64,000 bases of DNA from an uncultured Candidatus Rokubacteria bacterium (GCA_963805625.1 CAWDVE010000016.1:416001-480000), one strand, 5' to 3'; positions 19,676 to 28,709 are shown, counted from the first letter of the stretch. The notes: a model not told the origin generated them from the sequence alone. A program made the numbers and translations.

Positions 19676-19809
19676 GCCGGTCCTGGCGCCGGAGACTGAT
19701 CGCGGCGCTCCGGCGATGGGGTCCGCGGGGCTGACCTCGGCTCGACGCGCGTCGGGCCCGGGAAGGCCCGGGCCCGACGGCGAACGGTGTGCGAGTCGAT
19801 TCCGGCCGG

Positions 19810-20508
19810 CTAGCGCATCCCCTCGAACCACGCGTAGTAGACGACGGCGAGGATGAAGCCTGCCCAGAGCGTGCCCTTCACCGTGGCCAGCGGCTTGGCC
19901 AGACCCTGCCCGGGCATCCCCTTGAGCGCGTTCACCTCGATCACGAACATCACCAGCAGCGCGACGACCCAGAACGCGAGTCCATTGCGAGGCACGGGCA
20001 GGGTGAGGTGGCTCGCCGCGCCCATGAAGAACAGCATCGGGATCGAGAGCAGCGTGTTCGTGCGGGAGGCGAGGCCCCCGCGCGCGCCGGCGCCGGCCGC
20101 GGCCGGGTTCGCGGGGCGCCCGGCGGCCGTATCGATCGCGTTCTGGATGACTACCTTCTGGTTGGGCCAGATCACGAACCAGACGTTGGCCCACATGAGG
20201 GTTCCGAGGAGGCCGCCGAGGAGGATCGCCCAGCCGTACGAGCCGGCGAAGAACCCGCCCTGCCCCCATCGGTGGAGGATGATGAGCCAGCCAGAGAGGA
20301 AGGTGAACATCGCGCCCCAGCGGAACCACCAGAGCGCCCGGGGCACGAGCTTCTGGATCGCGCCGCTTCGCACCGGGGCCTCGGTCTCGGCGAAGAACGG
20401 GGTCTGGACGAAATTGAAGTAGTAGAGCAGGCCAATCCAGGTGATCCCGGCCAGGAAGTGAATCCACCGCAAGAGGAACAGCCAGCCTTCACTACTTGCC
20501 AGCGCCAT
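19810..20508 (-). CDS. PuuD-like (Urate_ox_N / DUF989) integral membrane protein
   Basis: RWIHFLAGITWIGLLYYFN, WWFRW, MWANVWFVIWPNQK, SRTNTLLSIPMLFFM. Confidence 0.8.
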   Translation of the reverse strand: MALASSEGWLFLLRWIHFLAGITWIGLLYYFNFVQTPFFAETEAPVRSGAIQKLVPRALWWFRWGAMFTFLSGWLIILHRWGQGGFFAGSYGWAILLGGLLGTLMWANVWFVIWPNQKVVIQNAIDTAAGRPANPAAAGAGARGGLASRTNTLLSIPMLFFMGAASHLTLPVPRNGLAFWVVALLVMFVIEVNALKGMPGQGLAKPLATVKGTLWAGFILAVVYYAWFEGMR

Positions 20509-20671
20509 ACCGTGCCTCCCTGTAGGTGTGGGTCAGACGCGGAAGCAGACGGACTCTGGCGGCCACCCCCATGGGCCCACGGGCGGCCGCGCCCCGAGAA
20601 ACGACCGAGCTGCCCGAAGCCCGCATGCCCTGCTCCCGCGGGACGGCGCGATTGCCTTGCCGGCCAGGTCG

Positions 20672-20701
20672 ATTAGATCCGGCCCCTCTGGGCAGTGTCA
20701 A
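20672..20701 (-). promoter_or_regulatory. Putative sigma70 promoter for the PuuD-like gene
   Basis: Minus strand TTGACA, 18 nt, TCTAAT. Confidence 0.45.
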
Positions 20702-20827
20702 GCCCGGTCCGGGACGGCGTACGAATGCGGGCAAGGCCGTGAGCGATCGGGAGGTCCGCGGTGACCGGGTCCAGCAGCCTTCACGCTCGGACTGAGCGAC
20801 GGACCGCGTGGCCTTCGTGGAGCCTTC

Positions 20828-21253
20828 TCACCCAAGCTCTCGCCAGCAACACACCTCGATTCGTGTCACGGGATGAACCTCCCATGGGGCGCTCCGGCCC
20901 TCGTCATCCTGGTGGGGTGAGTCGTAGAACAACCAGCCAGTCAGGCGGATCTGCGTCGCCGCCCCACAGAGGTGGACCAACGCCTCCCACGTGTAGTTGG
21001 GTCTGCGAGATCGAACACCCGGGGTCAGCTCCGTAATGAGCCGGTCGGGGGTATCGCCTCCGAGGCACCGCGCCGGCGCGCCGGCGGTGATCTGGATGTG
21101 GTAGTCGCCGTCGCCCATCTGAAGAAGGCGCGCCACGTAGCCGACGACGACTGCCCCCCGCGACTCGATGGCCGTGATCTCGTCGAGCTGGGCTCGCGTA
21201 ATAAGGCCGCGGCCGCGCGCATGGTGGCGCCGTATCGCCGCAAAGTCAGCCAC
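20828..21253 (-). CDS. Hypothetical protein, possibly N-terminally truncated OB-fold-like
   Basis: Conserved-looking motifs DGDYHIQI, ITELTP, LTGWLFYDSPH, WEVHPVTRIEV; starts about 50 nt past the tRNA 3' end. Confidence 0.6.
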   Translation of the reverse strand: MADFAAIRRHHARGRGLITRAQLDEITAIESRGAVVVGYVARLLQMGDGDYHIQITAGAPARCLGGDTPDRLITELTPGVRSRRPNYTWEALVHLCGAATQIRLTGWLFYDSPHQDDEGRSAPWEVHPVTRIEVCCWRELG

Positions 21254-21302
21254 ACTCCGCGCGGCGGGCGGAGAATGACGACCCGTAAGTCCGGATAAGA
21301 AA

Positions 21303-21377
21303 TGGTGGCGGTGGGAGGAATTGAACCTCCGACACGGGGCTTATGAGACCCCTGCTCTGCCGCTGAGCTACACCGCC
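21303..21377 (-). tRNA. tRNA-Met(CAT), probably elongator
   Basis: GGCGGTG TA GCTC AGCGGCA GAGC A GGGGT CTCATAA GCCCC GTGTC GGAGG TTCAATT CCTCC CACCGCC ACCA; complete cloverleaf, encoded CCA; G1-C72 pair argues against initiator. Confidence 0.95.
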
Positions 21378-21389
21378 CGAGCATCCGCC

Positions 21390-21418
21390 ATGGTAGGGCC
21401 TGCCTCCACGAGCGTCAA
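21390..21418 (-). promoter_or_regulatory. sigma70 promoter of tRNA-Met
   Basis: TTGACG, 17 nt, TACCAT just upstream of the tRNA. Confidence 0.6.
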
Positions 21419-21507
21419 GCAACGGACCCCCCGGCCACGTCCCCCGTGACACCGGAAGGCTCGGCGACGTTTGGCCGCGTGACCCGATCTTGCGCGTCCG
21501 ACCCCTC

Positions 21508-21516
21508 TGCTATAAT
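21508..21516 (+). promoter_or_regulatory. Extended -10 promoter of the acidic microprotein
   Basis: TGcTATAAT at 21508-21516. Confidence 0.6.
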
Positions 21517-21552
21517 CGCCACCGTTCGAGCATCATCCGTCAGGGAGGTCGT

Positions 21553-21759
21553 ATGGATCTGGAGCCGCGCTCGAAGATCGACGACGAAGAGAATCCGCAC
21601 TACGTCGACGACGACGAAGAGGACGAGGACGAGCTCGAGGACGCCGACGACGAAGACGAGGTCATCGAAGCCGACGTCGAGGAGGATGACCTCGACGACG
21701 ACGATGACGACGACCTCGACGACGACGACCTCGACGAGGACGACGACGACGACGACTGA
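21553..21759 (+). CDS. Highly acidic 68-aa protein
   Basis: GGGAGG SD then ATG; MDLEPRSKIDDEENPHYV followed by a D/E tract (47 of 68 residues D/E). Confidence 0.7.
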   Translation: MDLEPRSKIDDEENPHYVDDDEEDEDELEDADDEDEVIEADVEEDDLDDDDDDDLDDDDLDEDDDDDD

Positions 21760-21959
21760 GACCCCGGTCTCGGTCCCCCCGTTCTCGGATACGTCGCCGC
21801 GCTCGGTTCACCTCCGCGGGCTGGGCGCCGCCGGGGACGGGATCGGCCGGCTGTAGGCGGGATGGTTACCGGATGGGACTCGACTCGCGGACCGGGGGCG
21901 ATCCAACCACGGGCCGAATGCCGTCCACAGGACAGGCCGGAGGACGGAAAGGCGGCCCA

Positions 21960-22745
21960 GTGAGCGACGAGATCCTGGTCGAGCGGCACGGCCACATCGC
22001 AACGGTCGTGTTCAACCGCCCGCAGGTGCGGAACGCCTTCAACCTCGCGATGTGGAGTGCGCTGCCCGGGGTGGTGGAGGGACTGGTCCGCGACCCGGGA
22101 GTGCGCGCGATCGTATTCCGCGGGGCGGGCGAAGAGGCATTCGCGTCGGGGGCCGACATCTCCGAGTTCCGGGAGAACCGGAAGGACCGTGCCTCGGCGG
22201 AGGCCTACAACGCTCGCACGGCAGCGGCGGCCCACGCGATGGAGACCTGCCCCAAGCCGACGGTCGCGATGATCTACGGCTACTGCATGGGCGGGGCGGT
22301 CGCGACCGCAATGGCGTGTGACCTCAGGTTCTCGGCGGATACGGGCAAGTTCGGGATCCCGGCGGGTCGACTCGGCATCATCTATGGTCTCCACGCCGTT
22401 AAGCGGCTGGTGAGCCTGGTCGGCCCGGCGACCGCCAAGGACATCCTGTTCTCCGCGCGGCTCCTGGACGCCCAGGAGGCGCTTCGCGTGGGATTCGTCC
22501 AGCGGGTGGTGCCGGCCGCCGAGCTTTCGGCCTACACCTACGACTATCTCGGCCGCGTCGCCGACAACGCGCCGCTGACCGTTCAGGGCGCGAAGATGAT
22601 CGTCGAGGCCATCGTGGAGGACGGGGGCGTCGCGAAGCAGGACGACATCGCGCAGCTCCAGCTCCGGGCCTTCGAGAGCGAAGACTACAAGGAAGGTACG
22701 GCCGCGTTCCTCGAGAAGCGGCGGCCCCGGTTCGTCGGCCGGTAA
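21960..22745 (+). CDS. Enoyl-CoA hydratase/crotonase family
   Basis: FNRPQVRNAF, AFASGADISEF, CPKPTVAMI, CDLRF, EGTAAFLEKRRPRF. Confidence 0.92.
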   Translation: MSDEILVERHGHIATVVFNRPQVRNAFNLAMWSALPGVVEGLVRDPGVRAIVFRGAGEEAFASGADISEFRENRKDRASAEAYNARTAAAAHAMETCPKPTVAMIYGYCMGGAVATAMACDLRFSADTGKFGIPAGRLGIIYGLHAVKRLVSLVGPATAKDILFSARLLDAQEALRVGFVQRVVPAAELSAYTYDYLGRVADNAPLTVQGAKMIVEAIVEDGGVAKQDDIAQLQLRAFESEDYKEGTAAFLEKRRPRFVGR

Positions 22746-22753
22746 TCCCGCGC

Positions 22754-23896
22754 GTGGTCGCGGGGCTCGCTCTCCCCGCCGCGCTCTTCCTCGCTCCCGC
22801 GCTGTGGCGTCTCGGGCGTGTGGTGGCGGTCCTCCGCGGGCGCGCCCGCCTTCCCCGTGCGAGCGACGCACCAGTGTCCCGCGGGCAGGCCCTCGTCAGC
22901 GTGCTCGTTCCGGCCCGCAACGAGGAGCGCAACGTCGGCGCCTGCCTCGCCTCCCTGTCGGCGCAGACCTGCGCCAGCCTCGAGATCATCGTCGTGGACG
23001 ACGGCTCGACGGACGGGACGCCGGCGATCCTCGCTGACGCCGCCCGGCGGGACCCGCGGGTGCGGATGCTCCGTGTGGATGGTCCGCCGGCGGGGTGGAC
23101 CGGCAAGAGCTTCGCCCTCGATGCCGGCGTGTCCGTCGCACGCGGAAGCTGGCTCTGTTTCACGGACGCCGACACGGTTCACGCCCCCGAGTCGATCGCG
23201 CGCGCGGTGGGATTCGCGGAGACGCATGGCATCGCGCTCCTGTCGCTGACGAGCCGGCAGCTCACGCGCTCGTTCTGGGAGCGCGTGGTTCAGCCAGTCG
23301 TCTTCGGCCTCCTCGATCAGTGGTTCCCGCTGGCGACGGTGAACGACCCCGCGTCCCCGCTCGCCGCCGCAAACGGGATCTTCATTCTGGTCGCGCGTGA
23401 CGCCTACCAGGTCGCGGGTGGTCACCGTGCGGTGGCCGGCGAGATTCTCGAGGACGTCGCGCTCGCGCGACGGGTGAGGGCGGGCGGTGGGCGGATTGCG
23501 TTCGTCGACGGGGCCGACCTCGTCGCCGCCCGGATGTACACGGACCTCGCGGCGATCCGACGCGGTTGGACGAAGAACCTCTACCGCCTCCGCGGCCGGC
23601 GGCCGCTCGCCGCGCTGGCCTCGCTCCTCGAGCTCGGGGTGACCCTGGTCTGGCCGGCGGTGGGCTGCGTCGTGGCGCCGCTCGGGGGCGCGGCCGGGTC
23701 CGGCTGGCTGGCCGCCCTTGGCCTCGGGCTGGTCCTCGGGGCGGAGGTCCCCTTCCGGGCCTGGCGGGGGGAGGACCCCCGCTGGAGCCCCACCGTGCCG
23801 CTCGGCGCCGCGCTGGTGGCCCTTTTCCTTCTGGAATCGGCCGTTCGCGACTGGCTGGGGCTGGGCGTCCGCTGGAAGGACCGCCGGTATACTTGA
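22754..23896 (+). CDS. GT2 glycosyltransferase with TM segments (CrtQ/HpnB-like)
   Basis: VLVPARNEE, VVDDGSTD, PAGWTGK, FTDAD, ILEDVALAR, RMY. Confidence 0.88.
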   Translation: MVAGLALPAALFLAPALWRLGRVVAVLRGRARLPRASDAPVSRGQALVSVLVPARNEERNVGACLASLSAQTCASLEIIVVDDGSTDGTPAILADAARRDPRVRMLRVDGPPAGWTGKSFALDAGVSVARGSWLCFTDADTVHAPESIARAVGFAETHGIALLSLTSRQLTRSFWERVVQPVVFGLLDQWFPLATVNDPASPLAAANGIFILVARDAYQVAGGHRAVAGEILEDVALARRVRAGGGRIAFVDGADLVAARMYTDLAAIRRGWTKNLYRLRGRRPLAALASLLELGVTLVWPAVGCVVAPLGGAAGSGWLAALGLGLVLGAEVPFRAWRGEDPRWSPTVPLGAALVALFLLESAVRDWLGLGVRWKDRRYT

Positions 23897-23948
23897 GGCT
23901 GCGACCCTGCCGGGTCGCGACCCCTCTAAAGATGAGATGCCCGAGGCT

Positions 23949-24374
23949 ATGAAGACGCCAGGCTCCCCCCCGGTTGCCGTCACGCGGCGGTTCACCTTCT
24001 CGGCGGCGCACCGCTACGCGCGTCCCGAATGGTCTGACGCCGAGAACCGCGCTCACTTCGGCCCACTCGCATCGATCCACGGGCACACCTATACCCTGGA
24101 GGTGACCGTCCGCGGGCCGGTCGATGCCCGAACGGGCATGGTCGTCGATCTCGAGGAGCTCAAGCGGGTCGTCGGCGAGACCGTGCTCGCGCGCTTCGAC
24201 CACACCTTCGTCAACGACGATCCCGCATTCCCGCCCGGCGTCCTGCCGACCACGGAGAATCTCGTGCGCGTCGCGTGGGACCTGCTGGTCGCGAAGCTCG
24301 GCGCCGAGCGGCTCGCGAGCCTCCGCCTCTGGGAGGACCCGACGCTCTACGTCGACTACCGGGGCGAGGCCTGA
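23949..24374 (+). CDS. 6-pyruvoyl-tetrahydropterin synthase/QueD family, copy 1 (no active-site Cys)
   Basis: FSAAHRY, IHGHTY, GMVVD, FDH, PTTENL, LWED. Confidence 0.85.
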   Translation: MKTPGSPPVAVTRRFTFSAAHRYARPEWSDAENRAHFGPLASIHGHTYTLEVTVRGPVDARTGMVVDLEELKRVVGETVLARFDHTFVNDDPAFPPGVLPTTENLVRVAWDLLVAKLGAERLASLRLWEDPTLYVDYRGEA

Positions 24375-24383
24375 GGGCTGGCC

Positions 24384-24797
24384 GTGGCGACGATGGAGCT
24401 GACCAAGGTCCTCCGTTTCTCGGCGGCCCACCGTCTGATGAGCCCGGCGCTCTCCCGGGCGGAGAATCGCCGGCTCTACGGCGCGTGCGTCCGCAGCCAC
24501 GGTCACAACTACGCGCTCGAGGCGACCGTGCGGGGAGTGGTGGATCGGGACGGGATGGTGATGGATGCCGTCGTTCTCGAGCAGGCGATGCGGACGGTCA
24601 TCGACCTCGTGGACCACCGGGATCTCACCCGGGACGTCCCCGCGCTTGTCGGCACGGTCACGACGGGCGAGAACCTGGCCGCGACGTTCTACCGAATGAT
24701 CGACCGGGCCTTGTCCCCGGGGCGACTCGTCCGGGTGGCCGTCGTCGAGACGGAGAACAACCGCTTCGAGTACGAAGCGACGGGGGAGGCGCCATGA
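24384..24797 (+). CDS. 6-pyruvoyl-tetrahydropterin synthase/QueD family, copy 2
   Basis: [16 protein letters not shown] (CX3HGH), VDHRDL, TGENLA, ETENN. Confidence 0.88.
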   Translation: MATMELTKVLRFSAAHRLMSPALSRAENRRLYGACVRSHGHNYALEATVRGVVDRDGMVMDAVVLEQAMRTVIDLVDHRDLTRDVPALVGTVTTGENLAATFYRMIDRALSPGRLVRVAVVETENNRFEYEATGEAP

Positions 24798-25354
24798 AGG
24801 AGCTGATCGAGGGCATCCTGCGCGAGCTCGGGGAGGATCCGAAACGCGAGGGACTCGAGAAGACCCCGGCGCGTGTGGAGTCGATGCTGCAGTTCCTCAC
24901 GTCCGGATACCAGCAGGACGTCGAGGAGGTCCTGAACGGTGCGGTCTTCGCCGAGGACCACTACGACCAGATGGTGCTGGTGAAGGACATCGACTTCTAC
25001 TCGCTGTGCGAGCACCACCTGCTGCCGTTCTTCGGCAAGGCGCACGTTGCGTACGTCCCGGATCGGAAGATCCTGGGGCTGTCGAAGCTCGCGCGTCTCG
25101 TCGAGATGTTCAGCCGCCGGCTCCAGGTCCAGGAGCGGCTCACGACCCAGGTCGCGCAGGCGCTCCACGACGCACTCCTGCCGAAGGGTGTCGGCGTGGT
25201 GATGGAGGCGACCCACCTCTGCATGCTGATGCGGGGGGTCGAGAAGCAGAACTCGAAGGCCGTGACCTCCGCGATGCTCGGAAGCTTCCGGGACTGTCCG
25301 ATGACGCGCAGTGAGTTCGTGGAGCTGCTCAAGGGCCGGAGCTCCCTCATTTGA
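24794..25354 (+). CDS. folE: GTP cyclohydrolase I
   Basis: [51 protein letters not shown]. Confidence 0.96.
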   Translation: MKELIEGILRELGEDPKREGLEKTPARVESMLQFLTSGYQQDVEEVLNGAVFAEDHYDQMVLVKDIDFYSLCEHHLLPFFGKAHVAYVPDRKILGLSKLARLVEMFSRRLQVQERLTTQVAQALHDALLPKGVGVVMEATHLCMLMRGVEKQNSKAVTSAMLGSFRDCPMTRSEFVELLKGRSSLI

Positions 25355-26067
25355 GGCTCGCCGGCCAGGTCGCGCTCGTCAGCGGGGCGAGCCGCGGCAT
25401 CGGGCGGGCCGTGGCGCTCGCCTTCGCCCGGGAGGGTGCCCGGGTGGCCCTCCTGGCTCGCGGGCGCGGAGATCTCGAGCTGGTGGCCCGGGCGATCGAG
25501 AGTAGCGGAGGCTCGGCACTGGTGGAGCCGGGCGATGCCGCGGAGGAGGACACCGCGCGCCGGGCGGTCGAAAATGCCCTCGCGCGGTTCGGACGCCTGG
25601 ACTGCCTCGTCACGGCGCAGGGCGCGGGCGCGTTCGGGCCCCTCGAGGCGTCTCGCGTCCAGGACTGGGACGCGATGCTGCGGGCCAACCTGACCGCGAC
25701 GTATCTCCTGTGCCGGGCGGCGCTCCCGGCGATGCTGGCGGCGGGTCAGGGGACCATCGTCGCCCTGGTGTCGCTGGCGGCCGTGCGGGCGATCCCCGGG
25801 TGCGCGGCGTACACCGCGTCGAAGGCGGGTGTGCTCGGGCTGGTGCGAGCCCTTGCCGCCGAGGTGCGAGGTCGGGGGGTGCGGGTGGCCGCGCTGTCCC
25901 CGGGGGCCGTGGACACCTCCTTTTGGGACCAGATCCCGAGCTCGCCGGACCGTAGCCGGATGCTCAGGCCCGAAGCCGTCGCCGAGGCCGCCCTCCTGAT
26001 CGCCGCCCAGCCCCCCGGGGCGTTCGTCGAGGAGATCGTCCTCGCTCCCACGCCGGGGGTGCTGTGA
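25351..26067 (+). CDS. SDR oxidoreductase overlapping folE
   Basis: [24 protein letters not shown]; 4-nt overlap with the folE stop. Confidence 0.88.
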   Translation: MRLAGQVALVSGASRGIGRAVALAFAREGARVALLARGRGDLELVARAIESSGGSALVEPGDAAEEDTARRAVENALARFGRLDCLVTAQGAGAFGPLEASRVQDWDAMLRANLTATYLLCRAALPAMLAAGQGTIVALVSLAAVRAIPGCAAYTASKAGVLGLVRALAAEVRGRGVRVAALSPGAVDTSFWDQIPSSPDRSRMLRPEAVAEAALLIAAQPPGAFVEEIVLAPTPGVL

Positions 26068-26110
26068 TTCTTGGTTCTGAGGAGCCCGGCCCGGCAGGCG
26101 CCCGTCCATT

Positions 26111-26119
26111 TGCTATAAT
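26111..26119 (+). promoter_or_regulatory. Extended -10 promoter upstream of iscA/erpA
   Basis: TGcTATAAT. Confidence 0.55.
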
Positions 26120-26183
26120 GCAACCTGATCACCGCGATTGCCGTGTGGCGCGGGTTCGCGTAACAACTAGAGGAGGCCTTGGA

Positions 26184-26507
26184 ATGGTCACGTTGACGGA
26201 AACAGCCGCCAAGAAGGTCGAGACGCTCCGACTCGAGGAGGGCAAGCCCGAGTGGGGCCTGCGGCTTCGCGTAGTGGGGGGCGGGTGCTCGGGCTTCTCG
26301 TACGAGCTCGGGTGGGAGGATGCCGCCCAGGAGGGCGACCAGGTCGTCGAGGCCAGCGGCGTTAAGGTCTACGTCGATCCCAACAGCGTGCAGTACGTGG
26401 GCGGGGCCCAGATCGACTACGTCGACAGCCTGTACGGCTCCGGCTTCTCGATCAACAACCCCAACTCGAAGGGCAGCTGCGGCTGCGGGCACTCCTTCCA
26501 GGCCTGA
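26184..26507 (+). CDS. A-type Fe-S carrier (IscA/ErpA, HesB family)
   Basis: GGAGG SD; GGGCSGFSY, IDY, NPNSKGSCGCGHSF. Confidence 0.95.
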   Translation: MVTLTETAAKKVETLRLEEGKPEWGLRLRVVGGGCSGFSYELGWEDAAQEGDQVVEASGVKVYVDPNSVQYVGGAQIDYVDSLYGSGFSINNPNSKGSCGCGHSFQA

Positions 26508-26549
26508 TCGCCCTTCGCGGGAATTTAGCGGAAGTAGACGGGAGGCGGT

Positions 26550-26801
26550 GTGCGGGTCCCGGTCGCGCTCTTCGCGCGATACCGTGAGGCGGTCGGCCGC
26601 GGTCGGATCGAGGTGGAGGTGGCCGACGGCGCGACTGTCGAGGACGTCTGGACCGCCCTCGCTGCCGCGCATCCCACGCTGACCCCCTACCGGCCGCACA
26701 CCCTCTTCGCGGTCGGCACCGACTACGTCGAGGCGAGCCACCCCGTGCACGCCGGGGAAGAGGTCGCGTGCTTTCCCCCCGTCAGCGGCGGGGCGGCCTG
26801 A
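26550..26801 (+). CDS. moaD: Molybdopterin synthase sulfur carrier subunit
   Basis: LFARYREAVG ... EVACFPPVSGG(AA); coupled to moaE. Confidence 0.88.
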   Translation: MRVPVALFARYREAVGRGRIEVEVADGATVEDVWTALAAAHPTLTPYRPHTLFAVGTDYVEASHPVHAGEEVACFPPVSGGAA

Positions 26802-27253
26802 TGTACCGGATCGTCGAGGAGCCGCTCTCGGCCGACGCGGTCGCCCGCGCGGTCACCCTTCCCGAGGCGGGTGGCGTCGCTGTCTTCCTCGGCGTCGTGC
26901 GAAACCAGACAGCCGGCCGCCGGGTCATGGCGCTCGAGTACGAGGCGCACGTCCCGATGGCCGAGGCCAAGCTCAAGGAGATCGGCGAGGCGGTCTACGG
27001 GCGGTGGCCCGGGGTGCGGCAGGTGGTGATCCTGCACCGGATCGGGCGCCTCCTCGTTGGCGAGGCGAGCGTGGCGATCGGCGTCTCGGCCGCGCACCGC
27101 CAGGACGCCTTCGAGGCCTGCCAGTACGCGATCGACACGGTCAAGCGGATCGTCCCCATCTGGAAGCGGGAGCTGTTCGAGGATGGATCCGCCTGGGTCG
27201 GGCTTCAAGGCGAATCACCGCCGCCGGGGTGGAACGCCGGCGATGGTCGATGA
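26801..27253 (+). CDS. moaE: Molybdopterin synthase catalytic subunit
   Basis: FLGVVRN, LEYEAH, HRIGRL, AHRQDAF, VPIWKRE. Confidence 0.93.
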   Translation: MYRIVEEPLSADAVARAVTLPEAGGVAVFLGVVRNQTAGRRVMALEYEAHVPMAEAKLKEIGEAVYGRWPGVRQVVILHRIGRLLVGEASVAIGVSAAHRQDAFEACQYAIDTVKRIVPIWKRELFEDGSAWVGLQGESPPPGWNAGDGR

Positions 27254-28709
27254 CGGACGAGAACCGGAACCCTCGCCGTCGCTCCTGGTCACCGCCGTGC
27301 GAGACGTGGTGGTTGGCCGGCGGCTCCTCGATCCGGGAGACCACGTCCTCGTAGGCGTCTCGGGCGGCCCTGACTCGGTCGCCCTCCTGCACGCGCTCGT
27401 CCTCCTCCGCACCGACCACGCGCTCCGGCTCACGGTCTGCCACGTCCATCACGGGCTCCGGCCGGAAGCGGACCGCGATGCCGTCTTCGTCGAGGCGCTG
27501 GCCGCCCGGCTGGGTTGCGCCGCGCGCGTCGTCCGGGTCGAGGTACCGCGAGGCGGCGGCCGGTCCCCCGAGGAGGCCGCCCGCCTCGCCCGTCACGCGG
27601 CGCTGGCGCGCATCGCGCGAATGACCGGGGCGCGCCGCATCGCGCTCGGCCACACCGCGGATGACCAGGTCGAGACCGTCTTCATGCGGATCCTCGAGGG
27701 GGCCGGGCCCCGTGGCCTCGCGGGCATCCCGGTGCGCCGGGGCCGAATCGTCCGGCCTCTTCTCGACGTCGACCGCGCGACGGTCCAGGCGCACCTCGTT
27801 GCCCATGGGCTCGAGTCCGTCGATGACGCAACGAACCGCGATACGAAGTTCGTCCGGAACCGGGTGCGCCACGAGCTCCTGCCCCTCCTCGCCGCGCAGG
27901 CGGGCTTGCGCGTGCCCGCCGCGCTTCGCCGCGTGGCTCGGGCCTCGCGTGAAGCCGTGGAGGCGCTTGATGCGCTCGTGAGACCCCGGCTGGCCGGGCA
28001 CCTCACGCGGACCCCCGTGGGCTGGCGGCTCGCTCTCGCTCCGCTCGTCGGTCTCCCCGTCGGCGCGGTGAAGGCGGCGGTGCGCCTTGCCCTCGTGGAG
28101 GTCGCGGCGGCCGACCGGCTCGGAAGCGGGCTGCGCGCGATCCACCTCGACGCGCTGGCCGCGCTGCTGGCCGCGGGGACCGGGGCGCGGGTGCGGCTGC
28201 CCCGCGGTGTCGTCGTCGAGCGCGGCCGGGATGCGCTCTGGGTACTCCGCCCGGCGGCGTCCCTCGAGCTGGCCGCGCTCACGGTCCCGGGACACCTGCA
28301 GGTGGGGGACATGGTCGGCGTGACGGCGGCGATCGAAGCCCCGCGGCCGGGTCGGCCGGACGATCCGGCCTGGGAAGCCTGGTTCGACGCCGAAGCGCTC
28401 GGCCTCGGCGCGGTCGCCCTCGGGTCACCCGCGGCGACCCTTCTGGTCCGGCCGCGCCGGCCCGGGGAGCGCATGGTCCCCTTCGGCGGCGCCGATCCCG
28501 TGCGACTCACGAAGCTCCTGGGCGCGGCCGGCGTGCCCCGGCAGGCGCGCGCCCGGTGGCCGGTCATCGCCCGCGAGGACGAGGTCCTGTGGCTCCTGGG
28601 CGTGCGACGGGGCGCCACCGCGCCGCTCACGGCGACGACGCGGACGATGCTTCGCCTCCATGCGGCGCCGGAGCGGCCCCCTGGTCTTCCGGACAGTGAC
28701 GCCGTATGA
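27243..28709 (+). CDS. tilS: tRNA(Ile)-lysidine synthase
   Basis: VSGGPDS PP-loop, HHGLR, LGHTADDQVET, RPLL, RNRVRH, C-terminal RPGERM. Confidence 0.93.
   Translation: MVDDGREPEPSPSLLVTAVRDVVVGRRLLDPGDHVLVGVSGGPDSVALLHALVLLRTDHALRLTVCHVHHGLRPEADRDAVFVEALAARLGCAARVVRVEVPRGGGRSPEEAARLARHAALARIARMTGARRIALGHTADDQVETVFMRILEGAGPRGLAGIPVRRGRIVRPLLDVDRATVQAHLVAHGLESVDDATNRDTKFVRNRVRHELLPLLAAQAGLRVPAALRRVARASREAVEALDALVRPRLAGHLTRTPVGWRLALAPLVGLPVGAVKAAVRLALVEVAAADRLGSGLRAIHLDALAALLAAGTGARVRLPRGVVVERGRDALWVLRPAASLELAALTVPGHLQVGDMVGVTAAIEAPRPGRPDDPAWEAWFDAEALGLGAVALGSPAATLLVRPRRPGERMVPFGGADPVRLTKLLGAAGVPRQARARWPVIAREDEVLWLLGVRRGATAPLTATTRTMLRLHAAPERPPGLPDSDAV

Noticed and set aside
20510-20670. Riboswitch in the 160-nt leader of the PuuD-like gene
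   Set aside because: No known aptamer consensus recognisable by eye; an Infernal/Rfam scan would be needed.
21303-21377. tRNA(CAT) as tRNA-Ile2 linked to nearby tilS, or as initiator tRNA
   Set aside because: The G1-C72 pair argues against initiator, the GGCGGTG acceptor stem fits elongator Met, and tilS is 6 kb away in another operon. Ile2 is not fully excluded.
21600-21760. GAC/GAG trinucleotide run as a microsatellite or CRISPR
   Set aside because: It encodes the polyacidic protein and has no repeat-spacer structure.
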